The position numbers and the translations under genes were made by a program. A stretch of 63,162 nucleotides of DNA, counting the filler, from Aduncisulcus paluster (Eukaryota): assembly GCA_024181965.1 (NCBI GenBank). It is 29 parts of 29 records of this genome, joined end to end, with 100 filler letters (N's around TTAATTAATTAA, not from the genome) between each part and the next. Parts side by side here need not be neighbours in the genome. Positions count along the whole stretch, not along the records: positions 32,099 to 38,751 come from BQXS01012201.1; positions 38,852 to 40,630 come from BQXS01012202.1; positions 40,731 to 41,910 come from BQXS01012203.1; positions 42,011 to 43,694 come from BQXS01012204.1; positions 43,795 to 45,005 come from BQXS01012205.1; positions 45,106 to 46,493 come from BQXS01012207.1; positions 46,594 to 47,873 come from BQXS01012208.1; 22 more parts are not named here. One strand, written 5' to 3'. The notes beneath the pieces are model-generated. The model worked only from the letters and a program-made list of their open reading frames with translations, made no database searches and was not told where the DNA came from. Shown piece after piece: positions 34,273-47,973 of the stretch; position 1 is the first letter of the stretch; every line of letters starts with the position of its first letter.

Positions 34273-37200
34273 TCACAATATATAATCTTCGAAACAAGGG
34301 TCTAACGATTCCATTGAAGTATACCTTCCAAAATCTTGATCAAAGCCTTCAAAAGAGCATGTCCTTTCATCAAACAAGGCCTCCACACCAGCTCCAGTTA
34401 GTTCAATAAAGTCATACATGAATTGTCTCGTGGATCTCTCCATGGAATGTGGCATTCTAACAACGAAATGTTGAAGAGGAATGTAATGAACGTGACGAAG
34501 GCATGAATACCACGGAAGAAAACATCCAGAATTATCAATAGATGAATTAGAGCTTTTTTCATCGCTCTGTTTCTCTTCTTCTTCTTTGTGAGGCTCAAGA
34601 AATGAAGAATCTCGGAGTAAGATTTCAATATCAGTACATTTAGACAACGAATTCTCGATAATATCAATGATATACTTTGTCTGAGTGTGTGTTGTCTCAA
34701 GACCCTTCGATATCATTGATGAGGTATAGAACTTGATAAGATGGAAGATGTGCAATGAACAATTATGACCACACTTTGTCATACCATCAACTATATACTC
34801 CTCAGAGTCAGAGAAGAGACTCTTGATCTCTGTAATCTCAAGATAAGGCATAATTGATATCAATGGTGCAGAATGAAGAAGTCTGAGTAACTCCCAATCT
34901 GAAACCTGAGAAAACACACAATTTTTGAAATATGTATCAATATCCTTCTTTCCAACGAATTTATCTTTCCATATCTTCATAAAGCTCTGATATGACTGCA
35001 TGTTAGCATATAGTGAAGTCAAATGAGGAATCAAAGAGGGAACTTCAGAGAGCATGGCAATCAATCTCACACAATACACCATTCCCCATTGATGTTTCTT
35101 TTCTATTGCAATAGAGAACCAATCTGGCAAGAGATCCGTTATATTGCGGAAAATTTCAATAGAATAAGCATGAAAAGAGGATAAATTGGCAAGGAACCAC
35201 AGGACAAAGTGATTCAAACCGTGGAACATCGCCATTCCCCTGAATTTCTTCTTGATAAATTTAAGAACATCGGCGCAAAGACACCATGTTTCGGAACATA
35301 TTGAGGGAATTGGAGAGGAATTCATATTATCCCAAGTAATATTTGCAAGCAGAACCATCCACTCTTCAGTACATTTTTCAGAATCATAATGATGCAACCA
35401 ATCACGGAAATATGGCTTAATCAGTGCAATAATTGAGGATTTTGTTGTGTGAGATGAATCAATGGAAATGTTTCTCAACGTTCTTAATAAATATGGTAAT
35501 ACTTGGGGACGAATCGATTGTTTAGGACCACCCTGGAGAACTCGCTCAACAGAATCACAAATCATTGGGAAGAAAAGGTCCTTCTCTCCTCTAAAAATAT
35601 ATGTACAGTTCGAACAAATCCAAAAATAGCTTTCGTCAAAACCAGGAGTGAGAACATTTCCAAGTCTTGCCAAATAACCAAAAAAAGTATGAATAAAATC
35701 CTCAAGAGCAGGAATAAGAAGATAAATACGTTGTTCATAATAATAATGACAAGAGAACAATCTCAAACACTCACCACACATCAGGAGTTCTTCTCTGTGC
35801 CTGCGTATCAAACTATCTGTAGAATGACATGTCATAAATTTAAGAATAGCTTCCCGTTGTTCCCAATAAAGACGATTTTTGAGTTGGACAGAGGAACATT
35901 TCTTGATTTTCTTACTGAGATCAACCCATTGCTGGAGAGAAGGATAACAATTTCCGATATACTTCAAATAATCGCTTTCCCAGCCTCCATTCTTACAACA
36001 CCACTTCATAGCATCATCGTATTTGGNNNNNNNNNNNNNNNNNNNNGAAGATAAATACGTTGTTCATAATAATAATGACAAGAGAACAATCTCAAACACT
36101 CACCACACATCAGGAGTTCTTCTCTGTGCCTGCGTATCAAACTATCTGTAGAATGACATGTCATAAATTTAAGAATAGCTTCCCGTTGTTCCCAATAAAG
36201 ACGATTTTTGAGTTGGACAGAGGAACATTTCTTGATTTTCTTACTGAGATCAACCCATTGCTGGAGAGAAGGATAACAATTTCCGATATACTTCAAATAA
36301 TCGCTTTCCCAGCCTCCATTCTTACAACACCACTTCATAGCATCATCGTATTTGGGAGATATATGAGGAATAATCGATGGATCATTGGAAAAAATAGATA
36401 TTAGCTGTGACCAACTCTCAATACCCATATTCTCATCATCTTGTTGCTTAACCAGCACAAACCAATCGTCGAGAAAATCCTTCACATGGTGAAACACTTC
36501 ATATACTTGGGACTGAACACAACTAAGGTTTGAGAAAAACATAATACTTCGAACAATCGCATCATCATCAAATGTAATGTCTTTGAAGGCCTCATCTTTG
36601 ATCACATCCAACACACAATGAAATAGAGGGAAAGCTTGTATGGAAAGAGCGATATCAGCATCGGTATTGTCAATATCAAGGGTGACATTCTTCAAAATAT
36701 TTGTCCAATGCAAAAACAAAATCTTGTCAGAATATTTCGCTATCCACGGCTTAACATATGGAATAATAATACCCAAAAGAGTCATTTTAACATCTAAACT
36801 TTTAACAAAAGAGAAAGAGCGACAAACTTCAAGGAAATTCCCGACCAACTCATTTTCAAAAACAGCAGAAAGGCCAAGATTTAACATTTTGGAGATTAAA
36901 GGCGATAATTTAATAAAACAAGCGAGTCGAATGACACGATAAGATGCCAAAGAAAAGTTAATTATCATAAAAAACAAATTGGAGATAGATTTCACTCCGA
37001 ATGTTTCTTCACCTCCATCTAGCAGTATTGAAACAACACGAATCATCTTAGGTAAGAGCTCATCAACAAAATGATTAATAGAAGAATGTCCAATGAAATA
37101 CATTTCGTTGGAATCAATGGTATATGGCTTCAATACTAAGGATAAACATTCGAAACATTCAGAAAAGAGCTGATGGTTGCATTTTATCTCCACATCAGTG

Positions 37201-37349
37201 CGATAAACGTCAAAAACCGAGGAAATAATAGGGAAATATTCATCCCACAAGGCTTGCAAAGAAAAAGGACAACTTTCTTCAGATTGCAACAATTTTGAAA
37301 AATAAAGCAACTTATCAATCATAATAACTTTTGGACCATGTTCAGACAT
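34273..37349 (-). CDS. ARM-like helical repeat family protein, 915 aa once the gap duplication is removed
   Basis: 35718-36026 is repeated from 36047; removing the 329-nt offset gives one frame; two internal repeat units. Confidence 0.8.
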
Positions 37350-38288
37350 CTTGATTTATGGGGAGTATAATAATATTTGTTATCAAAACTAGGACCAGTG
37401 CAACAAAACTCTAACAAATTGACATCATGATGTCGACATGACAAATAAGCAATACATGAATATTATCGAACATAAATAATCAAAAATAAATATTTATCAG
37501 ACAATATAACAACAATATGCGTGTCAACTCATAGTTTGTTTGCATCACCAGAATATGGAGGAAACATACATAAAAAAAAAGTATATATAATTCAATTACT
37601 AATAAACAAGAAAATTATATACAATAAACAACAGAATATTTAATGAATCTTGTACAAAATACTATTTGAAAATTATTGGATAAAATGAGACTAAATATTG
37701 CCCTTTTTTTTTAATAATCTTTAAAAATATTTCATATCTACCATTTTTCATTAATAATTCACCAAAAATTTACGTTTAAGGGGGAGAAAAAATTTCGAAA
37801 TTATTTTCACTGAAACCTGGCTGGTCTAGACAGTATTTTGCAATGCCATCAGAAAAAGACGGAAGTACACATTGTAACTTGCAACAATATACATTTATTT
37901 GACGGTTTTGGTTGGAAAATTTACCATGAGCAAATCTGGATCGCAATCCAATTGCTCTCATAGATTTGAATCAAGCAGATGCAGGGTTAGATACGATCAA
38001 AGGATGAAAATCAAGGAAAAATACAATTATAGAAATATAATCACAAGAAAATGAATAATCTCATAGCATATAGATATAAAGTGCCACTTTAGTCAGTGAC
38101 AGATTGAAAAGTGACGTGATGGAAGATTCAAAACAAAAAAATCATGAACAAATAAAAAGAAATCATCTTCAATTTGTGAAAAATAGTTGGGAAAACAGAA
38201 ATAATCCATCAAAACATAGCAAGAAAAAAGTCAAACAAAAAAAAGGGATCAAAGAAACAAAATTGGAATATATTGAAGAATAATGTGA

Positions 38289-38751
38289 TCACAGATCAAT
38301 ATCACAATATCCAAATTCAGTCATATAAGAGAATCCACTGCATATACAAGTATGATCGTCCTGACACGTTCCACCAGTTCCACAGCTGTATCCATCGGGC
38401 CCAAGCGGACAAAGCTCAGTACAATCATCGCCATAATAAGTGTCGGGACACGCAGCACCACAAATGATGGTATCAGCAGGACCCATGATGGATATGACAT
38501 CGATCTGGGCCTCACACACAGCACAGCTCACAAGGTCAGCAGACGTCGAAGCAGAAACACACATGTTGGTATCCTTGTTCAGATAGTATCCATTCCAGCA
38601 CTCAACCTGATAGGTCGAATCACTTCTCGGACGGCAAGTCTTGTGTCCAACGAAGGAAGCGGTGCTAGAACATTGGCAGACTTGGGAGGAAGATGTGACA
38701 ACCGAAAGGTTCGTAAAGTACGATTTCAGAGTGGACACGACATTGTTGATG
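38289..38751 (-). CDS. Cys-rich/EGF-like surface protein fragment
   Basis: YQVECWNGYYL shared with 18106-19577; YYGDDC...C..GGTC EGF-like module. Confidence 0.75.
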
Positions 38752-38851
38752 NNNNNNNNNNNNNNNNNNNNNNNNNNNNNNNNNNNNNNNNNNNNTTAAT
38801 TAATTAANNNNNNNNNNNNNNNNNNNNNNNNNNNNNNNNNNNNNNNNNNNN

Positions 38852-40630
38852 ATGACGGCCATCATCCAGATCAGAAAGACCTAAGCTTTAGAAATGGCAG
38901 TAGCGTTGGGGATCAAGATGCAAACGCTCAGTGGGTCTTTATTATGGAAGGAATGAATACTGTGAAGCAATCTCAGCATCATCGAGTGCGTTGTGAACGT
39001 TCCTCTTCCTCTGATATCATTGAGCGACAAGAGCAACAGCGGCGTGTTCGTGATCATCATGATATCTCCCATTCTAGCAAGGAAGAGGAAGAGGAAGAGG
39101 AAGAGGAAGAGGAGGGAATGGATGAAGAAATATATGCAAATGATGAGGAAAAAGATGTTGAGAAACAAAAGAAAAAGAAAGAATTTGCCCAAGAAGAAGA
39201 AGAAGAAGAAGAAGAAGAAGAAGAGAGAAAGGAAGGGGTTGAGAAGGAAGAGAAAGAGTCTAAAGATAGACTTGAGAAAGAAGAGGAAGAAGAGTCTCTT
39301 GATACAATAACGAGTCGAGTTATGAAAGGAGATGGAAGGAAGATTGAGGCCAAGCGTGTTCTTAACTTTAGTTCTGAGGATGAAGATGAAGAAGAAGAAG
39401 ACAATATGACTGCAAAAAGGACACCTGACCTTGCTGAAGAACTCCAAGGAAAGGAAAACGACATTGAGTTTCAAAATATGAGTCCAGAAGAACAGGAAGA
39501 AGGTGAAGAAAAGGAAGAAGAACAAGAAGAACAAGAAGAGGAGACTGAGGAAGAGGAGACTGAGGAGAGGACCAATGATAGTGGTGGTGATACTCCTTCC
39601 CTCGAGCTTGACCATCAGGCTCACCTTTCCCCCGAGCAAGCCACAGACTCTGGTCTCAGTCCCATCACTGGAGACCAACAATCGACTATTCTCCCACCAC
39701 CTTCCTCCGATGTTTCCACTCATGGATCCACGGCTGAACATACCACAACTGAGAAGGAAGCTTCTCATGTGGCTATTCGTGATCTTATTCGAGAGGAGGA
39801 TGACTACGGAGATGATAGTTGCAGCTCCGTATCTTCGCCCACATCTCTATCATTGTATTCTTTACTGTCTGACATTCAAGATCGCCTCGATTCTCTCCAT
39901 GTTTCACTTGATGCTTGTCTGGATGTCACTGGAGAGCAATTATCCTCCATCTCTGAGAGTGTATGTGAGTGTATATTCTCTATTCCCGATGGAGATCTCT
40001 ACACTGATAGTATCGGAATCATTCCACACCGATCCTCGCTCAAACAGGAGATAATTTCAGCCATTCACCAATTGGCCACTTCTTTGAGTGACAGATGGCA
40101 TGAGCTTGAAGAGGAAGAGGAAGAAGAAGAGGGAGATATGGGAAAGGAAGGAGAGGTAGAAACAAGGAAACAAGGTGAAGAAGGTGAAGAAGGTGAAGAA
40201 GAGACTGTTGAAAGGCTTCGGAATGAACAGTTTAATGCCTGTTTGATCGAAGTGGTGTCTGATCTTGTTAAGAGTGTATGGGAAGGCCGTAGGAGATGTT
40301 TTGTTGACACATTCAGGGAAGAAGAGGAGGAGGAAGATCAAGAAAGTCAAGATATTATGCTAGATCAATTACCTCACCCACTCGACGAACATTTTTCCGG
40401 CAATCATGAGGAGGTGGAGAGAAAAATGGGTGCCAAAGATGACGGTTTAGAGAGCAAGAGGCCGGCAGAAGAACAAGCTACGGTGCTCCAAGCAAGTTGT
40501 AAATCTCCTGAATCTAAAAATAGTTGTAGTATTGAGAAACAACCTACTGATGATATTAGTTCCCCCAGAACTCCAAAAAAAAAAGTTCTCGAGGGAAAAA
40601 AAGATCAAGACACCCCAAAAAAAGAGGGAC
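38852..40630 (+). CDS. Highly acidic low-complexity protein (partial)
   Basis: Long ORF with GAA/GAG poly-Glu tracts. Confidence 0.7.
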
Positions 40631-40731
40631 NNNNNNNNNNNNNNNNNNNNNNNNNNNNNNNNNNNNNNNNNNNNTTAATTAATTAANNNNNNNNNNNNNN
40701 NNNNNNNNNNNNNNNNNNNNNNNNNNNNNNA

Positions 40732-40965
40732 TTCGAAGAAGCAATTCAAAGGGGAGGATTTGAAGATAAACGATGGGATCTAGATTTTAGCGATTTTGGA
40801 TATTTTGTTCAACATTGTTTAAGTGGTTCAGCAAGTGGTGCCTGCATCGAGCGGTTTTTTAAAACGTGTAGAGACTTTTGCTCTCCTTTACGTGGTCAAC
40901 AAAAAACAAAAAAGCTATTGGCGAAGGCAATTGTAAAATATAATTATTGGGTGAATAAAAAATGA
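40732..40965 (+). CDS. hAT transposase C-terminal dimerisation domain (5' partial; not in ORF track)
   Basis: LSGSASGACIERFFK...LRG...KYN resembles the LSxPASSAxxERxFS consensus. Confidence 0.65.
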   Translation, partial: FEEAIQRGGFEDKRWDLDFSDFGYFVQHCLSGSASGACIERFFKTCRDFCSPLRGQQKTKKLLAKAIVKYNYWVNKK

Positions 40966-41526
40966 TTTAATATCTTTCCTTATATTATTTTGTTTTTCTA
41001 TTATGGCTATTATTTATAAAACATGGTGTAGAATATAAATTCAAAAATTTGAATTTGTCAGAGCATAAAACACTCATGCATGAAGGTGTCAACTGAGTGC
41101 GGTAAAATAAATATCTGTATTTGAACGATTTATTATATCAGCTAGCTTGTTAACCAATTCATTTCTTTATTGTCAAAAGTGAAAAATGAGAAAGCTTGTT
41201 ACTATGCCATAGGAAACCATTGCAGCTGAATGAGTATCTCTACTTCCATGGAAATAATTCAAGAAATGGTGTGAAATACTAATATTGTGTGGAGAATAAA
41301 AAAATAAAAAACAGGCTGTTTTTATTTCCGGGGTCTTTATTCTAGATTGTTGGACAAAATCCCTATGTCATAGGGCATATGAGTTGGAAACGGAAGTCGA
41401 ATGCAATGCATTCAATGTATTGTCCCGGAAAGAGATTCACAAACGGGGTTTGAGAACTTTGATTTCTGAGCAAGAGAAAATATATCTAAAACCCAATAAA
41501 ATCAATTCGTTTGTTCTTTTCAAGCG

Positions 41527-41726
41527 TTATTTCTTGATTCTTAATAATTCAACATCAAATATGAGAGTGGAATCAGGTGGAATAGAATCGCCAGCTCCAC
41601 GGGCACCATAACCATAATCAGGATCGATTTGATTACAATCGTGGCTCTTTCACCAACACTTAATGTAAGAAAGGCTTCATCCCAAACACTGATAACCATA
41701 CCCATTGCAACTGCAAATTCAAAAAC
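41527..41726 (-). pseudogene. FKBP-type peptidyl-prolyl isomerase 3' exon with a 5-nt insertion (not in ORF track)
   Basis: [31 protein letters not shown] / [37 protein letters not shown] at 41626-41630 shifts the frame. Confidence 0.8.
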
Positions 41727-42010
41727 CTACGATATCACTTTCCATGATTGTCACATTGTCAATCTAGGGTGAAATAGCACAAAGCTCAGTATTAAATGTA
41801 TCGGATGATCATGATCGGGCATTGGAGCATTGGAGTTAGAGTTGGAGTTGACTGCGGGGAAATGTCATGTTCCATGAAGCATCAGGGGATTAGATTCGTA
41901 GTAGTATACANNNNNNNNNNNNNNNNNNNNNNNNNNNNNNNNNNNNNNNNNNNNTTAATTAATTAANNNNNNNNNNNNNNNNNNNNNNNNNNNNNNNNNN
42001 NNNNNNNNNN

Positions 42011-42942
42011 AAGACTATGGTGGATGGTTTACCCATGTTTTCATTCCCTTCTTTCCATCCAATAGAATGAAAGGTGCATATATTTCAATCATGGAATCGA
42101 ATTTATTTTACTCTCCTCCATCACATCTTTTTTTCACTTTCAAAGCGTCAAATGGCAAAATAATAACCTCAAAGAAATTTAAATTCCCAGAATTAACACA
42201 TAAAACGTGGTACTATCTCCCTATTGATCTCTTTGATGTGAGTATGTGTGTGATTGAAGGGAAAGGACGAAGAGCTGGAAAGGAAGATTTTATTTTGAGT
42301 TCTCTTATTTTCATCCGAGAAGAAACCCCTGAGGAATCCATTACCCGTAAAATCCAAAAATACTCTCTTGAGAAACTCTGGACAGACTCCCCTCTTGTTT
42401 TAGCCGAGAGTTTGTTGTCAAAGAAAGTGAAAACCTATGCTGATATTCCTATTGAATTTGATTCGATGGTCATATCGCCTATGTTATCGTTAATCAGAGC
42501 AAGAAATGATTCAAAGAATCCCAAACATCATGAAGAAGTGTATGATGTGAGTTTGGATGTTCAAAATATGTTCGTTTCAAAAGTTGTATACAATCTTGAA
42601 TTATCACATCTTTCCATCCCTTTTCCGTCACCTAGTCCAATGAAAGGTGCTTATATCTGTGTGAATAAGCTTGATAGTTCACCTCAACTTCTCTTCACTT
42701 TCACTGATTGTGATGGCAAGATGACATCCAAGAAATATGAATTCACAGAACCAAAACCTAAAATTAGATTTGAATGGTTTTTTCTTCCTATTGATTTACC
42801 AGATGTTGTATTGTGTGAGATTGAAGGGAAAGGAAGATGGGCTGAAGAGAAAAGTAGATGGTTTAAAATCAATTCCCTTGTATTCGTGAGATCCAAAGAA
42901 CTCGTTTCCATAGAAGAATTGTGTCTTTTACCCTGGAAATGA
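42011..42942 (+). CDS. Lineage-expanded tandem beta-rich domain protein (5' partial)
   Basis: Two copies of IPF...MKGAYI...LxFTF...GK.TSKK..F...W..LPIDL.DV..C.IEGKG. Confidence 0.75.
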
Positions 42943-43341
42943 TGTCTCAATACCATGGTATCAATATCCTGCGACAAAAAATGATCTTGCCAACACTATT
43001 GTGGTCCAGAATCTCAGATGGATTGTTCTGACATCATTTCGAGAGTTATTTTGAAATAAAACATGAATTAAGGATAATCATATTGATATCGTTGTGATTG
43101 TAGCAGAAACTACGGTTTAGGCCGGTGAATTACTGTAAAATTTTAGTTTCAAACTAGCAAAGTTTGCTTATTTGAGTGTGTTCAACAAATTTTAATTGTA
43201 TTTGAATACATTTATTAAATCATGAAGAGCTAATGCATTCCTGATTTTATCATTTCTCGGCTTTTTTTGGCTTTTTATTGCTTGATGCTTTCCTTTATCC
43301 TCTCGGTGCTGTGTTAGTGCTCTTTGATGTTTTGTGAAACC

Positions 43342-43694
43342 ATGTCCGATAAAATATATTTCATTGTTATTGTTGGAGTTTTGTGTTACTTGTCACACAC
43401 GATTTTGGGAGATATTTTGTGGGATTCTTACAATCCGATAACAATGGATATCTCCACTTTAACATCGAATACTTGTCCATTTTATTTTCCATTCAGAATT
43501 TTAACTTTTGTATATGGCGTCATTATGATCATTTTTTCAATCTTGTTATTCTTAAATTATTATCCGATTTCTACCACCTTGAAAACTGCATGTAGCCTTT
43601 ATATTATCATGAATTCTGCTTCTTTTATTGGTTATTCTTTTTTTCCAATTGATAAAGAAGCCAGTTCATCGTCTTTTGGAAATGTAATGCATCT
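43342..43694 (+). CDS. DUF998-like membrane protein (3' partial)
   Basis: H.ILG..LW..YNPIT..IS.L...FP...MH pattern with hydrophobic helices. Confidence 0.6.
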
Positions 43695-43922
43695 NNNNNN
43701 NNNNNNNNNNNNNNNNNNNNNNNNNNNNNNNNNNNNNNTTAATTAATTAANNNNNNNNNNNNNNNNNNNNNNNNNNNNNNNNNNNNNNNNNNNNTTAATG
43801 AAATTGTAAAACAATTGTTAAAGATATTTCCCAGGGCAACACCCACAGCACCAAAACAACCTAAGCACTTTTGCTCATCCATTTTAGAATGGAAAAAAAA
43901 CGAGATTGATTTGGCGCCCGGC

Positions 43923-44399
43923 ATGGAAAACAAGTGTGAAATCCAGAACACAGAATTGGCATTATCTGTATGTACAAAGTGAGAGAGATATTCTATATAC
44001 AAGTACTCTTTTTCAGAAACGTGCTAATTACTTCTACTTCAGATATCATCAAAAAAGAAGGTTACATTATCTTTTCTCAAGGATATTTTATTAGTTGGTA
44101 TTAGAGAATATTATACAGATGATTCAGATGAGCTGAAACCTACTAGAAAAGGTATATCTCTGACTGTTGAGCAGTTCGACAAGTTAGTCACATTTATACC
44201 ACATATCCAGGCACAAATCAAAAAGATCCAAGGTTCAGACGCTGCAGAATCAAGTGTTTCTGATGCTATTCCTAAATCTTCCCATTCAAAGAAAAAATCC
44301 AGCAAACGGCGTGTTTCTAAAGACCCTATTGATAAAGATAGTAGCCACAAGAAACACTCTTCTTCAAAGAGAAGGATTAGAGGAGCAGATACGGAATAA
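43923..44399 (+). CDS. SUB1: PC4/Sub1 transcriptional coactivator (ssDNA-binding), intron 43968-44042 (not in ORF track)
   Basis: Spliced product MENKCEIQNTELALS|ISSKKKVTLSFLKDILLVGIREYYTDDSDELKPTRKGISLTVEQF; GTATGT donor, GCTAAT branch site, CAG acceptor. Confidence 0.88.
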
Positions 44400-45105
44400 T
44401 AACCAAATATACATCTATGAATTCTGGCAATGATCCATCCCTAATTTCCCAATAGTTTGGTCGACCTTTCTAGTTCATGATTTATATCAAATATTCATGA
44501 AAGTATCCCCACTGACACTCTTGATGTAGAATAGGATTATCTTATTGTTTTTAAGCAATAATAATACGCTTGCTTTTCGATTTCTCGTTTGGCTTGTCCC
44601 TTCACCATGAATAATGTTGATGATGAAATAAAATAATAAATGGAATGAATTACAAATGAATGACACTAGCCATTTCGATGATATCCTCAGATTTAGAATT
44701 TTGGCTTGTCTTATCGCTATTCACAAGAAACATGTTGTTTTGCAATAATGGATCAGCATGGAGGGGTCTTTGCGTCAAGATTTGTGGACGAATCTCAATA
44801 TATAATCAGTATGTTTATTAGAACCATGTCAATGATATTGAATCTATAGTATGATAAAGAAAATGCTAACTCAGTGATTTCTTTTAAAATTTTCAAAGGT
44901 CGAGGACATTCTCTCTCCTTGAAATCGATAGATAAAAGCAAGTTGACCCTATCGACGCTTGGTATTCCTGCGGTGTGCCATCATATCTCTCAGGTCATTC
45001 CACACNNNNNNNNNNNNNNNNNNNNNNNNNNNNNNNNNNNNNNNNNNNNTTAATTAATTAANNNNNNNNNNNNNNNNNNNNNNNNNNNNNNNNNNNNNNN
45101 NNNNN

Positions 45106-45372
45106 ATGCTATTTTTAGAATCAGTAGGTGTTATTTCCTGTTGTTCTCCATCTTCGGGGTTCTTCTCCTTCTCCATCATCATCTTCTTCTTCTTCAACTC
45201 TTCTTTGTTTCTCAATTCAACCTCATTATCTAAAAATAGATTCATTTTTTGTGAGATGGTTTGTGCAATTAGCTGTATTGAACGAGGAACAATAGAATTT
45301 GGATGTATCGGGAAGACTCTATACAAACGAAGCATATCAGGTAAATTGCCAGCAAGTGAAGAGGAAGAGGAA

Positions 45373-45404
<32 letters not shown>

Positions 45405-46337
45405 AGAGGAAGATGAAGAGGAAGAAGAGGCAGAGGAGGATGAGGAGTGAGTTGTTTGAGAATGTTGAGATAAAGATAGATCAGTGTCGGCATGTCTTCT
45501 CTTCATGGATAATTCTTCAGCTTCAGGAGTACAATGTGTTGTGTGTGGCTTTGAACCCTCATCATCTTTGCAGTCAATAGCACCTGTAGAAGTAGTAGAT
45601 ATTTGAGGATTCTTTCTACTACTCCTTGTTAGTTCTATCCGTTCAGTAAATCCAATGCATATTTTCCCATCTAAATCAATTCCAATGCTCAGCTCGACTT
45701 TGTTTCGATAACCAAGGATACAGGGGGATGAAGTGATATACACGGGACAAGATAACGCCCGTTTAACGTCATGATGAGTGTAATATCCTGGAACACTGGT
45801 GGAGAGTGGCGGATGTGGTTTGAGAATATGTTTTCTTGCTTTGCGAATATACTTCACCATCTCTTTAGATTTTTGCTTTAACTGAGCCATATATGATACA
45901 TGTAGCAACGGGGAGCTCGCGGGAGAAGCTTTGGGTGCAGAATACACATATCCAAGAGAATTGAGATAAGAAATAGAAGACGATGAAATAGCAGAGTTAG
46001 AAGAACTCAAGGAATCTAAATGTTCATGAAAGGCTGATGTAACCTTGGCTTGACGTTTTCTAGGTGGAATATAAAAGGCAGCAGTGATTTTTCTGGGAGG
46101 TTCCATTTGAGCGGGTTTTCCTGGGCAAATATATGTATTGTTGGTGAAAAAATCAATAAAAGTTGCACATTCTTCACGAGAAGAGAATGAAAATAATGCT
46201 TTAGATTGGCCAATCAGTTTTTTCACTGATTTGAATGGAGGAGCTGTAAAAGTCGCCATAAGTTTAATTAATTTTTCTTTTGAAACATAATTATCAATAT
46301 TTTTAACATTAGCATGGAATACTTCCTCACTGGCCAT
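45106..46337 (-). CDS. TRM2: tRNA (uracil-5)-methyltransferase TRM2/TRMT2A-like, N-terminal half
   Basis: N-terminal RRM-like segment, PLLHVSYMAQLKQK, SSPCILGYRNKVELSIG; poly-Ser insert. Confidence 0.78.
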
Positions 46338-46593
46338 CGTATAGGCTCCAAAACAGGATCTATAAAAAAGATGATTGAATTGATTTTATTCTGATAAAAA
46401 TAAAAATAGATATGAATTAAAAGGAGAAATCCAAAATAAAAAATAAAAAAAAATTCACATATTATCAAGGATTGGGAGGAATTAATTGAAATGNNNNNNN
46501 NNNNNNNNNNNNNNNNNNNNNNNNNNNNNNNNNNNNNTTAATTAATTAANNNNNNNNNNNNNNNNNNNNNNNNNNNNNNNNNNNNNNNNNNNN

Positions 46594-47873
46594 GATGATT
46601 TGTTTTCCTTAAATAGAGCAAACCAATCTGGTATGAGATCTCTTATTTTGTGATAAATTTCAACGGCGTGGGATGGATTACAACACAAGTTTGCGAAATA
46701 AAAGAGAGCGTGTTCTGAATACCCCTCAATAAGTTGATTACTTTTGTGGAATTGTGTTTCAATAATTTGTATGATCTGAGGGAAAAAGTGATACAATTCA
46801 GAACAAATAGACATATGACATTTTTCAACATTTTGCCGTGTAATTTGGGATAAAATATTCATCCAGAGTCCAAAATATTTGGTTCCCGTATATTGACGTA
46901 ACCAATCTCCAAGATAAGGTTTTATAAGATTTACAAGAACAAAGCGAGTAGTAGAAGTTGAAGATAACTCAGAAACCTTCCTCAATATCGATAATAAATT
47001 GAATGGAATAGTACCTCCTAATATCGTCCGACTTCCACGATCTAAGATTCCCTTTAGTGATTGCAGAATCTTGGGGAAATAACGATGAATAAAAGATATT
47101 GATTCAACGCAGATAGCACAATACTGATTATCAATGGAACCTTCAGAAACCTCTTCCATCCTTGTCAAATGATCAATATAAAGATCAAGTAAAGAATGCC
47201 TCTGATCATTCGAAAGAGTAACACAACGTCTACCATCTCCTGATACAATGAAATAATGTTTCATAAATAGTAACAAGCATCGAATACAGAGAAATATTTC
47301 TTTGCTATTTGATTTCACCTGACTTTTACAGTAAATGTCTTGAAAAACTGATAGAATCTTACCAGAATACCTCTGAAAAAGAATAAACGTTGATTTTCGT
47401 GTCTCACATGCCTTAATCATGCTTCCCAACTTAACCCATCTTTCCAAATTTGGAAACAACTTCAGATATCTCTCATAATCAACATCATAACCCCCATTTT
47501 GCAAACACCATTCCATGTCTGCATCGAATTTTGGGGATATATGAGCAATAAGAGAAGGGACCGATGAAAAATAGGATATAAGACGGCACCAATATTTGAT
47601 TCCAAGACCATCTTCATCTGTGTCTTTCTTCTCTTTCACAACCTCAAACCATCCACCAAGAAGATCCTTGGTATGATCATACACTTCTTCAGCCTGTGCA
47701 GGAATGGAAGAAAGGCTTGCAAAGAAACTTAAAGCATATTCAAAGCCATCAATCCCGAATCTCTTAACAGTATCCAAAACAAAACTAAATGTTGGCCAAC
47801 ATGATGAACACATGGTCTTATTTGGCACATCAGAATGCAAATGGCAAGAACTTAGAGCAAGAACTTTTATCCA
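46594..47873 (-). CDS. ARM-like helical repeat family protein (partial)
   Basis: Shares IKPYxxDWL, FFANL and ISPKFD motifs with 34273-37349. Confidence 0.8.
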
Positions 47874-47973
47874 NNNNNNNNNNNNNNNNNNNNNNNNNNN
47901 NNNNNNNNNNNNNNNNNTTAATTAATTAANNNNNNNNNNNNNNNNNNNNNNNNNNNNNNNNNNNNNNNNNNNN

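Noticed and set aside
38881..39768. Phe/Leu-rich membrane protein ORF
   Set aside because: Antisense reading of poly-Glu GAA tracts
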